Shown here piece by piece: positions 19,246 through 27,169 of a DNA stretch of 64,000 bases. The DNA comes from an uncultured Acidimicrobiia bacterium (GTDB lineage: Bacteria; Actinomycetota; Acidimicrobiia; IMCC26256; CAWATG01). Numbering within the stretch: the first letter of the stretch is position 1; the number at the start of each line of letters is the position of its first letter. A program made the position numbers and the translations under genes. The stretch is taken from contig CAWATG010000001.1 of assembly GCA_963785035.1 (NCBI GenBank), positions 133,879 through 197,878 on the forward strand, read 5' to 3'. The notes beneath the pieces are model-generated. The model saw nothing but the letters and a program-made list of their open reading frames with translations, was not told where the DNA came from and did not search any database.

Positions 19246-19551
19246 TCAGATCGCGACGCCTTCGGGTGTGACGTCGATGTGAAACTCGATCCCGAGCAGG
19301 CTCGCCAAACGGCCGAGCGTCTCGAAAGAAGGGTTGTGCCCGCCGGCTTCGAGACGGGCGACCGCGGGCTGTTTCATCCCGAGTAAGCGCGCGAGGGCAG
19401 TCTGCGTCAGCTCATGCTCGACCCGGTACTCGACGAGGCGCTTCGCCACCGCTCGCGCAACCGTGGTGCGGTCCCACTCGGCACGGAACACAGGGTCCCG
19501 AAGCTGACGCTTCAGGACCTCGTTGCTGTTTGGCATGTGGGTCACTCGCAT
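19246..19551 (-). CDS. higA: XRE-family HTH antitoxin, HigA-like
   Basis: 101-aa ORF with the HTH LTQTALARLLGMKQPAVARLEAG. It lies 10 nt downstream of the toxin gene (toxin first, the HigBA order). ATG 19536 is an alternative start. Confidence 0.82.
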   Translation of the reverse strand: MRVTHMPNSNEVLKRQLRDPVFRAEWDRTTVARAVAKRLVEYRVEHELTQTALARLLGMKQPAVARLEAGGHNPSFETLGRLASLLGIEFHIDVTPEGVAI

Positions 19552-19561
19552 CGCCTACTCC

Positions 19562-19888
19562 TCACGGTTCGATCTCCGCCAGACGGGCTGTTGCTACTCG
19601 GAGCGCCCATTTGAACCCTCGCGGATCGACGTTCGCCTCCGGTCCGATCGCGCTGATGACAAACGTCTCCCCGATCTGTGCGTAGAACCCGCGCCACGGG
19701 CTGCGACCAGCCCGTGGTCGAAGCTCACGCAGCCCGGTCACACCTTGGATGTTGCTCTGATGGGGAAACGGCAGGGCCGGACCCACCGCCCCCAACTTCT
19801 CGACCGCGTGCAACATCGCCGCCCGCTCTCCAGCAGGGAGGCGACCAAGCTCGGCTTCCACGTCCGGGTGGTAGACGACTCTCCACAC
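19562..19888 (-). CDS. higB: RelE/ParE-superfamily toxin, HigB/Gp49-like
   Basis: 108-aa ORF with a GTG start: MWRVVYHPDVEAELGRLPAGERAAMLHAVEKL...LRELRPRAGRSPWRGFY. Confidence 0.82.
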   Translation of the reverse strand: MWRVVYHPDVEAELGRLPAGERAAMLHAVEKLGAVGPALPFPHQSNIQGVTGLRELRPRAGRSPWRGFYAQIGETFVISAIGPEANVDPRGFKWALRVATARLAEIEP

Positions 19889-19925
19889 CAGGTGACTATA
19901 GCATCATTGTTATTATTCATGGATA
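19889..19925 (-). promoter_or_regulatory. AT-rich higBA promoter with a TATAGT -10 box 6 nt before the GTG start (leaderless mRNA predicted)
   Basis: The reverse strand reads ...ATGAATAATAACAATGATGCTATAGTCACCTGGTGTGG. TATAGT occupies 19900-19895 and the GTG is at 19888. This is the most AT-rich stretch I saw in the window. Confidence 0.4.
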
Positions 19926-20340
19926 CTCCGCCCCAGGCGCGTTCTCCATAGGTCGCTTCGAGGCCGGCGACCGTCGGCGGCTGGCCTATGGGCGTGGGCC
20001 ATACGCGGGCCGTCCACGATTCGGTTGCCGTCGTGATGATCGCCAGAGGGATTCACGTACCAACCGGCGGGATGCGGAGGTGCACCCGCGGCGATGTCAG
20101 CAGAGGCTTGCGACAGCAACGCCGAACGCGCGGTACGCGCAGCGCGTCGATCCACATCCAAGACGCAAAGCCGTAACCTGCGAGCAAGGCGAATCCGAGA
20201 CCAGCCTCCATCCGACCCTCTCGGCGCGAGAGGATGGGTGCTGAAGTGGTGCGCGCAGACCTACTGAGGCGACGGATCACTCAGCCCAGCCGCACCGAAA
20301 CCCCGGTTCTCACCGACAACGGGCTCGTAACACCGCACGT

Positions 20341-20934
20341 GTGTCGGATTTTGAAAGAACCGAATCCAGAGCATTAGCCTCTCTTCATGCCCCCTCCGAT
20401 CCTGTGGAACTTCGCTGCCGGCAGGTGGGCGAGTGGCGAATCGAGCGAATGGACTCGGTGGTCGGTGACGGACTCGCCCCAGCGGAACGCCTCGCCGTCG
20501 TTGAAGGTCCACGGACGCCCTCGGCTTCAATGAGCTGGAGCTTGACCGGCTTCACGAGCAACGAGCGCTATGTCGAACGCCGGGAGCGAGCTGCATTGAC
20601 AGCGGTCCAACAGCCTCTCGGGCGTCCGGTCGCGACGTGCGCGGCGCTCATCCCGATCCGCAAGTCCGAGGCGTGGTGGGAGCTGACGCAGGACGAGCGG
20701 CGAAACCTCCTTGAGGACAGATCTCGCCACATCGCGGTCGGCCTTGAATACCTCCCGGCCGTCGCGAGGCGTCTGCACCACTCGCGCGATCTGGGCGAGC
20801 CCTTCGACTTCCTGACTTGGTTCGAGTACGCGCCGAGCGACGCGGCGGCGTTCGATGAACTGGTCGGTCGGCTTCGCGCGACGGAGGAATGGTCATTCGT
20901 CGACCGGGAGGTCGACATCCGTCTGACCCGATAG
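20341..20934 (+). CDS. short (lineage-II-like) chlorite dismutase family heme protein
   Basis: 197-aa ORF with a GTG start. The blocks AALIPIRKSEAWWELTQDERR, SRHIAVGLEYLPAVARRLHHSRDLGEPFDFLTWFEYAP and LRATEEWSFVDREVDIRL align with the C-terminal half of the hemQ product at 44273..45055 (conserved His). They also match short Nitrobacter-type Clds as I remember them. Confidence 0.7.
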   Translation: MSDFERTESRALASLHAPSDPVELRCRQVGEWRIERMDSVVGDGLAPAERLAVVEGPRTPSASMSWSLTGFTSNERYVERRERAALTAVQQPLGRPVATCAALIPIRKSEAWWELTQDERRNLLEDRSRHIAVGLEYLPAVARRLHHSRDLGEPFDFLTWFEYAPSDAAAFDELVGRLRATEEWSFVDREVDIRLTR

Positions 20935-21185
20935 GTGACCGGATTCGGAGACCCGGTCGTGGGCACAGCGACTCGTGTGCGTGTCTTCGCCACCATTTGG
21001 CGCACCATCCAGGTGTGATCTCCAGGGAGTGTCCCTGGGTGCGACGAGGGTTGTGCGTTCGGGTGGTGGGTCCGAGCGTTGGCCGCCCCCACGGCGGACC
21101 ACCAACGCCGCTCCGGCACGGACGACCTGTGAAGTCATCGCAGCTAGCCTCGCGCGTCGCGACGACCCGAGGAAGGTGGCCAACG

Positions 21186-22433
21186 GTGCCGGCTGCATTG
21201 CGTGACGAGATCCGTGCCTGGGTCGCTGCCAACTGGTCGGACACCATCACCGTGCGGCAATGGTGGAAACGTCTCGCCGACGCAGGTCTTTCAGCGCCGA
21301 CCTGGCCGAAGCCGTACGGCCGGGGTCTTTCTCGATCCGATGCCCAGGTCGTGACCGAGGAGCTCGTGCGCGTCGGCGCCATCGCAGCGCCTACCGGCGT
21401 GATCGCGGTGATGTTGGCCGGCCCGACACTTCTCGCCCACGGCACGCCTGAACAGCAGCAGCGTTACATCCCGGCAATCGTGCGAGGCGACGATTCGTGG
21501 TGCCAGCTCTACAGCGAACCAGGCGCCGGCTCTGACCTGCCGAACCTGTCGACGAGCGCGGTGCGCGACGGCGACGAGTGGATCATCAACGGGCAGAAGG
21601 TCTGGAACTCCGGCGCCGATCTTGCCAGGCGCGGATTGTTGCTCGCTCGCACCGACCCCACCGTGCCCAAGCGCGACGGCATCACGTATTTCCTGATCGA
21701 CATGGACCAACCGGGCATCGAAGTACGACCGCTCCGTCAAATGAACGGTGAGGCCCACTTCTGCGAGGTGTTCCTCACCGACGCCCGCGTGGCCAATACC
21801 GACATTCTCGGTGGAGAAACCTGCCTGAACAAGGGCTGGTCAGCAGCGCGGACGACCCTCAACCTCGAGCGTGCCGGCGCGACCGAACGCAGCGCGCGCG
21901 GGCTTCGTGCGGTTGCCTCGGGCGAAGTGGCAGGAAACCTCGATCGCATCGTCGGCGACGTGTTGGCCACCACGGACGAACACCAGCCGACGTTCTCGGG
22001 AAGCGCGGTCCCTGCTCGCCACTTGATCACACTGGCACGCGAACGTGGTGTGACCACCGATCCCGTCATGCGTCAGCAGCTCATGCGCTACTACGTACTC
22101 ACGGAAGTCCACCGGTACAACCAGCGCCGCGCGGTCGCGGCGATGCGTGCCAAGAAGGCGACTGGCGCCGAGGGGTCGATCGCCAAGTTGGTCCTCGGCA
22201 AGATCTGCCACGCATCGCGCGACTTGTCGTTCTCGATTCTTGGAGCGACGGCGATGCTCAGCGGCGAGGACGCTCCGCACCACGGTGAACTCCAGACCGT
22301 TGGGCTCTCGAGCCCGGGCGCCTCGATCGGTGGCGGCACGGACGAGATCCAACGCAACAGCATCGGAGAGCGCGTCCTGGGCCTCGCCCGTGAACCGAGC
22401 CTCGACACGGAGCAGCCATTGGCGCGACGCTGA
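21186..22433 (+). CDS. acyl-CoA dehydrogenase (FadE alpha-type)
   Basis: ORF 20889..22433, with the start moved to GTG 21186 (GGAAGG 10 nt upstream). The protein reads VPAALRDEIRAWVAANW...WCQLYSEPGAGSDLPNLSTSA...INGQKVWNSGA...GGTDEIQRNSIGERVLGL. Confidence 0.85.
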   Translation: MPAALRDEIRAWVAANWSDTITVRQWWKRLADAGLSAPTWPKPYGRGLSRSDAQVVTEELVRVGAIAAPTGVIAVMLAGPTLLAHGTPEQQQRYIPAIVRGDDSWCQLYSEPGAGSDLPNLSTSAVRDGDEWIINGQKVWNSGADLARRGLLLARTDPTVPKRDGITYFLIDMDQPGIEVRPLRQMNGEAHFCEVFLTDARVANTDILGGETCLNKGWSAARTTLNLERAGATERSARGLRAVASGEVAGNLDRIVGDVLATTDEHQPTFSGSAVPARHLITLARERGVTTDPVMRQQLMRYYVLTEVHRYNQRRAVAAMRAKKATGAEGSIAKLVLGKICHASRDLSFSILGATAMLSGEDAPHHGELQTVGLSSPGASIGGGTDEIQRNSIGERVLGLAREPSLDTEQPLARR

Positions 22434-22489
22434 CGCGTTCCGGAAACGGCCGAGCACGGCCGGCGGTCCGGTCACGCCTTGGAGGACAC

Positions 22490-24646
22490 ATGGGAATCGC
22501 GATTTCCGACGCACATCTCGAACTGGAAAGTGTCGCAGCGTCGTTCCTACGAACAGCGCATGCTCGCGAAGCCAACCGAGCGCTCCTCGAGGCCGGTGTC
22601 GAAACGATTCCGCCGTTCTGGGACGAAGTCGCCAAGCTGGGATGGCTTGGGTTGCACCTCGCCGAGGAGCACGGAGGATCGGGCTACGGGCTCGAAGAGC
22701 TTGTCGTGGTCGTCGAGGCAATGGGTCGTGCGGTCGCACCCGGCCCGTTCGTGCCGACAACGGTTGCATCGGCTGTGATCGCCGCCTGCGCGTCCAGTGT
22801 CCAGTGCACGACGTGGCTCCCGACACTTGCCGACGGGACGACACGCGCCGCGGTAGGTCTGATCGGCGATCTCCGCGTGAGTGGTGACACGGCGACGGGT
22901 ACGGCCGGTGTGATCATCGGCGGCGCGCTCGCAGAGTTGTTCGTTGTGATCACGGGCGATGATGTCGTGGTCTTTGATCGAGACGCACCCGGTGTTGTCG
23001 TGGTGGTCCCCGACAACGTCGACCGAGCGCGTCGCGCCGCGACCGTGACGCTCACCGATGTCCCTGTCACCGTCTTGACCGGCGGGGCACCGCGCGCGTG
23101 GGCCCTGGCGCGCACGATCTTTTCGGCTGAGGCTTGCGGCGGCGCACGCGAATGCTGCGATTCCGCTGTCGCCTATGCCAAGGAGCGCCACCAGTTCGGA
23201 CGACCGATCGGCATGTTCCAGGCCGTCAAACATCACTGCGCCAACATGCTCGTCGATGCCGAACTCGCGACGTCGGCGACCTGGGACGCAGCACGCGCAG
23301 CGACCGGCGATCTGGATCAGTTCGAACTCGCAGCGGCAGTCGCTGCAACGTTGGCCTTTCCGGCCTTTCTGAAGAACAGCCATCTCAACATCCAGGTGCA
23401 CGGTGGGATCGGCTTCACCTGGGAGCATGACGCCCACTTGCTCATGCGGCGCGCGCTGGCATTGGCAGCCGTCTTCGAGACCGATGGTGCGGGTGATCAA
23501 GTCATCTCGTCGCTCCGGGAGGGCGTTCGACGCGCGCCGGGTCTGAGCCTTCCAGCCGAAGCAGAGGAAATGCGTGGCACGATCAGCGCATTCGCACGCG
23601 AGATTGCTGTCCTCGACCCGAGCGAGCAACGCAGCCGACTCATCGAGACCGGATATGTGATGCCGCACTGGCCAAAGCCTTGGGGTCGTGACGCATCCGC
23701 GGTCGAGCAGCTACTCGTCGACGAAGAGTTCGCGAAGGCCAAGGTCGCCCGTCCGCAATATGCGATCACGGGCTGGGTCATCCTCACCTTGATCCAGCAC
23801 GGCACAGAAGACCAGGTCAGCCGTTGGGTTCGACCGGCGCTCGCCCAGGAGGTCATCTGGTGTCAGCTCTTCAGCGAGCCGGAGGCAGGATCCGATGCCG
23901 CGGGCGTCAAATGCCGCGCGACTCGCGTCGACGGCGGCTGGCTGATCAATGGCCAGAAGGTCTGGACCTCAGGAGCGCACGTTGCGGGCTTTGGTCTGGC
24001 GACCGTTCGAACCGATGTCGATGCGAAGAAACACGAGGGCATCACCACGGTCGTCATCGATATGCACGCGGAGGGCGTCGAGGTCCGACCCCTCCGTCAG
24101 GTCGACGGCGAGGCCCACTTCAACGAGGTGTTCTTCACCGATGTCTTCGTGCCGGACGACGATGTCGTCGGTCCAGTGAACCAGGGTTGGACCGTGGCGC
24201 GGGCGACCCTTGGGAACGAACGAGTCAGCATCGGTGGGGGTATGCGCATGGGAACCGAAAGCGCGACCGACGCGCTCGCGATGCTCGATGCCAATCCGCA
24301 GCGCGCAGCAGCGGTCGCGCCCGACGTTGCTCGAGCCTTGGCGATTGATCAGACCTTGCGCCTCATGAATCTTCGCCGCGCCGAGCGAGCGCTTGCAGGC
24401 GCTGCCCCCGGACCGGAAGGCAACGTCACGAAACTCGTGGTTGCCGAGGAGGGCCAGGCCCTTGCTTCCATCGCTCTGCGGCTCGTCGGCCCCGAGGTTG
24501 CCTATCTCGAAGGACCAGGTGGCTTCGGCGCGCGCATCACGCTGTTGTGTCGAGCGATGAGCATCGCCGGCGGAACCTCGGAGATCACCAGGAGCCAGAT
24601 CGGCGAGCGGTTGCTCGGCCTGCCGCGTGATCCACTCGTGAAGTAA
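22490..24646 (+). CDS. fused two-module acyl-CoA dehydrogenase (beta-like half + alpha-like half)
   Basis: 718-aa ORF with RBS GGAGGA. Residues ~1-340 end in IQVHGGIGFTWEHDAHLLMRRA (beta-type). Residues ~360-718 carry WCQLFSEPEAGSDAAGVKCRA, INGQKVWTSGA and GGTSEITRSQIGERLLGLPRDP (alpha-type). Confidence 0.85.
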   Translation: MGIAISDAHLELESVAASFLRTAHAREANRALLEAGVETIPPFWDEVAKLGWLGLHLAEEHGGSGYGLEELVVVVEAMGRAVAPGPFVPTTVASAVIAACASSVQCTTWLPTLADGTTRAAVGLIGDLRVSGDTATGTAGVIIGGALAELFVVITGDDVVVFDRDAPGVVVVVPDNVDRARRAATVTLTDVPVTVLTGGAPRAWALARTIFSAEACGGARECCDSAVAYAKERHQFGRPIGMFQAVKHHCANMLVDAELATSATWDAARAATGDLDQFELAAAVAATLAFPAFLKNSHLNIQVHGGIGFTWEHDAHLLMRRALALAAVFETDGAGDQVISSLREGVRRAPGLSLPAEAEEMRGTISAFAREIAVLDPSEQRSRLIETGYVMPHWPKPWGRDASAVEQLLVDEEFAKAKVARPQYAITGWVILTLIQHGTEDQVSRWVRPALAQEVIWCQLFSEPEAGSDAAGVKCRATRVDGGWLINGQKVWTSGAHVAGFGLATVRTDVDAKKHEGITTVVIDMHAEGVEVRPLRQVDGEAHFNEVFFTDVFVPDDDVVGPVNQGWTVARATLGNERVSIGGGMRMGTESATDALAMLDANPQRAAAVAPDVARALAIDQTLRLMNLRRAERALAGAAPGPEGNVTKLVVAEEGQALASIALRLVGPEVAYLEGPGGFGARITLLCRAMSIAGGTSEITRSQIGERLLGLPRDPLVK

Positions 24647-24708
24647 CACGACCGAACAGTCAGCCATACATGACAGGACCAGTCAATGGTCTGAGGGGGT
24701 AGGCGAAC

Positions 24709-25629
24709 ATGGGAAGTCTCGATGGACGCGTCGCGATCATTACCGGCGCGGGACGAGGAATCGGCCGCGAGCACGCGATGTTGTTCGCTGCCGAGGGCGC
24801 GAAGGTCGTGGTCAACGACCTCGGAGGAAGTTCCGACGGCACCGGCGCCGATGCAACACCCGCGGAACAGGTTGCCAAGGAGATCATCGCCCTCGGGGGT
24901 GATGCGGTCGCCAACCATGACGACGTCACGTCATGGGACGGCGCCGAACGTCTGGTGAAAACCGCTCTCGATTCCTTCGGTGAACTCGACATCCTCATCA
25001 ACAACGCGGGAATCCTGCGTGACCGCATGCTGGTGAACATGAGCGAGGACGAGTGGGACTCGGTCATCAAGGTCCACCTCAAGGGTCACTTTTGTCCCAC
25101 TCGCCACGCGGCGGGGTACTGGCGTGAGGCGTCAAAGGCCGGCGCCAACCGACCGCGAGCCGTCGTCAATACATCGTCGACCTCCGGCTTGTTCGGCAAT
25201 CCCGGCCAGACCAACTACGGCGCCGCGAAAATGGGCATCGCCGCGTTCACGATCATCGCGGCGCAGGAGCTTGCGCGGTACGGCGTTCGTGTCAATGCGA
25301 TCGCGCCGGCCGCGCTCACCCGCCTGACGACCGGTCTGGCCGGCATGGGGGACAACGCCGACCCCGGTGCGGCCGAGGCTGCCACTGCTGGTTTCGGATC
25401 CATGGATGCGGGGAACGTCTCGCCGTTTGTCGCATACCTCTCAACCGCGACCTGCACGATCACCGGACGTGCGTTCTTCGTCGTGGGCGGCCAAGTGCAT
25501 CTCTTCAAGCCTTGGTCGATCGTCGACAAGATCGAGAAGGACGGCCGATGGACGGTGGCGGAGCTGCAAGACGCTGCCGCCAAGTTCGCCGACGTCGAGT
25601 TCGACCTCGGGATGCCCTTCGGGATTTGA
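24709..25629 (+). CDS. SDR-family oxidoreductase, 3-hydroxyacyl-CoA dehydrogenase (Hsd4A / MFE-2 N-terminal) type
   Basis: 306-aa ORF with TGAGRGIGRE, NNAGILRD and YGAAK. It has the extended VVNDLGGSSDGTG loop typical of MFE-2-type dehydrogenases. Confidence 0.8.
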   Translation: MGSLDGRVAIITGAGRGIGREHAMLFAAEGAKVVVNDLGGSSDGTGADATPAEQVAKEIIALGGDAVANHDDVTSWDGAERLVKTALDSFGELDILINNAGILRDRMLVNMSEDEWDSVIKVHLKGHFCPTRHAAGYWREASKAGANRPRAVVNTSSTSGLFGNPGQTNYGAAKMGIAAFTIIAAQELARYGVRVNAIAPAALTRLTTGLAGMGDNADPGAAEAATAGFGSMDAGNVSPFVAYLSTATCTITGRAFFVVGGQVHLFKPWSIVDKIEKDGRWTVAELQDAAAKFADVEFDLGMPFGI

Positions 25630-25731
25630 GACGGAAGTCACAAAAAATCATTGCTCTCGGGATAGCTGTCCACCATACTTCTGCGCGTTGCAGAGAGCGG
25701 TTGCTGTGCAGCGACGATCCCGGGGGGGAAC

Positions 25732-27087
25732 ATGTCGAAACGCGCGCGTGGAGTTCTTGCTGCTTCCTTCGTTGTGCTGCTCGTGGCGAGTGCATGCAGC
25801 AGCGATTCGGACGAGGCCCAGCCGAAGCGCTCGACGACGACCGCGGCGAAAGACGATGCAAGACCCGCGGGCCTGCCGGACGTCAAGCAGGACTTCAAGG
25901 CAACGGGGCCGCTCGAGGCGAGCGCGCCCGGCGTCACCGAAGACACCATCAAGATCGGGTACATCACGTCTGAAACGGGAATCGCCGCGTCCACCTTCAA
26001 AGGCGGCGCATTGGGCGCAAAGGCTCGTGTCGAACTGCAAAATGCGCAGGGCGGGATCAACGGTCGCCAGATCGAGCTCTTCTCCGCCGATGACGGTGGA
26101 CCCAACGGCAACAAGGGCGCTGCTCAGGACCTTGTCGAGAACAAGGGCGTGTTCGCCGTCGTCGACTTCTCGCCATTTGTCGTGCTCGGTGGTTATCAAT
26201 ACCTCCAGGAGAAGGGCATCCCCGTCACGGGTTCGGCGTTCGACGGACCGGAGTGGGGCCAGGAGCCGAACTCGAACATGTTCACTACCGACCTTCCGCC
26301 GGTCTTCACGAAATTCACGGGCGACACGTACTACTTCTACGACGATGCCGTGAAGTTCCTCAAGGCCAAGGGTGTCAAGAAGCTTGCCGGGGTTGGGTTC
26401 GGCATTTCGCCGTCATCGAGCCAGCAGATCAAGGCGACGATGGCAGCGGCCGCGAACAACGGCATCGAGAATTGCTACGAGAACATTTCCGTGGCATTCG
26501 GTCAGACCTCCTTCACAACCGAGGCGCTGGCCATCAAGAACGCCGGATGTGATGGCGTCCTTGCCGCAATGGTCGACGCATCGAATGTCGGACTGGCCGC
26601 AGCCCTCCAACAGGCGGGGCACCAACTGACCCAGCTGTACCTCACCGGTTATGACCAGGCGGTTGTCGATGATCGAAACGCAGTCGCTGCGCTCGAAGGC
26701 GCACACTTTGTCGCACATCCGAACTTCACAAAGCCGAACGCCGCTACCAAGGGCATGCTCGCAGCGCTGGAGGAGTACACCCCTGAACTCTCTGGCCAGC
26801 CCACGTTCGGCGTGTGGGGCTCGTACCGGGCGATGGACGTGATGATCAAGGGCCTCGAGGTCGCCGGCGAGAATCCGACGCGCGAGTCGTTCATCGAGAA
26901 CATGCGCAAGGTCGATTCGTACGAAGGACGTGGCCTCTTTGACCCACCGCTGAAGTTCACGGGTTTCGGCACCAAGGACATGTTCCAGCCGCAACAGTGC
27001 ACCGCATACGCAGTGCTGACCGATGGCAAGTTCGAGATCGACCCTGATGGTGAACGTATTTGCGGGAAGCTCTTCTCCTACAAGTAG
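25732..27087 (+). CDS. ABC transporter substrate-binding lipoprotein, Leu/Ile/Val-binding (LivJ) type
   Basis: 451-aa ORF with the signal and lipobox ..VVLLVASAC-SSD and a type-I periplasmic binding fold. Confidence 0.8.
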   Translation: MSKRARGVLAASFVVLLVASACSSDSDEAQPKRSTTTAAKDDARPAGLPDVKQDFKATGPLEASAPGVTEDTIKIGYITSETGIAASTFKGGALGAKARVELQNAQGGINGRQIELFSADDGGPNGNKGAAQDLVENKGVFAVVDFSPFVVLGGYQYLQEKGIPVTGSAFDGPEWGQEPNSNMFTTDLPPVFTKFTGDTYYFYDDAVKFLKAKGVKKLAGVGFGISPSSSQQIKATMAAAANNGIENCYENISVAFGQTSFTTEALAIKNAGCDGVLAAMVDASNVGLAAALQQAGHQLTQLYLTGYDQAVVDDRNAVAALEGAHFVAHPNFTKPNAATKGMLAALEEYTPELSGQPTFGVWGSYRAMDVMIKGLEVAGENPTRESFIENMRKVDSYEGRGLFDPPLKFTGFGTKDMFQPQQCTAYAVLTDGKFEIDPDGERICGKLFSYK

Positions 27088-27169
27088 GGCGCCCACGTCG
27101 CAAGAGGCGCCCACCAAGCTGGCTGGGTTTGGTGGGCGTTATCGAACAGTCCGTCGCACGATGAGGTGA

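Noticed and set aside
18820-19271. Arg/Lys-rich ORFs in the gap between abiEi and higA. One contains MSVAKRGRKRRARKE, which briefly recalled tiny ribosomal proteins of the bL37 type.
   Set aside because: There is no RBS, and the similarity is only compositional (no KANHGKRP-like continuation in any frame). All six frames here look non-coding. I treat the 600-bp stretch as degraded or non-coding.
19913-20280. Possible small membrane protein. MEAGLGFALLAGYGFASWMWIDAL (one TM helix) would be followed in another frame by ..PHPAGWYVNPSGDHHDGNRIVDGP.., which is faintly like the GWY...RYWDG motif of DUF2510.
   Set aside because: It needs a frame change of the opposite sign to the window's usual error. 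The motif lacks the conserved Trp residues. The TM-then-motif domain order is the reverse of what I expect, and the ORF overlaps the higB promoter.
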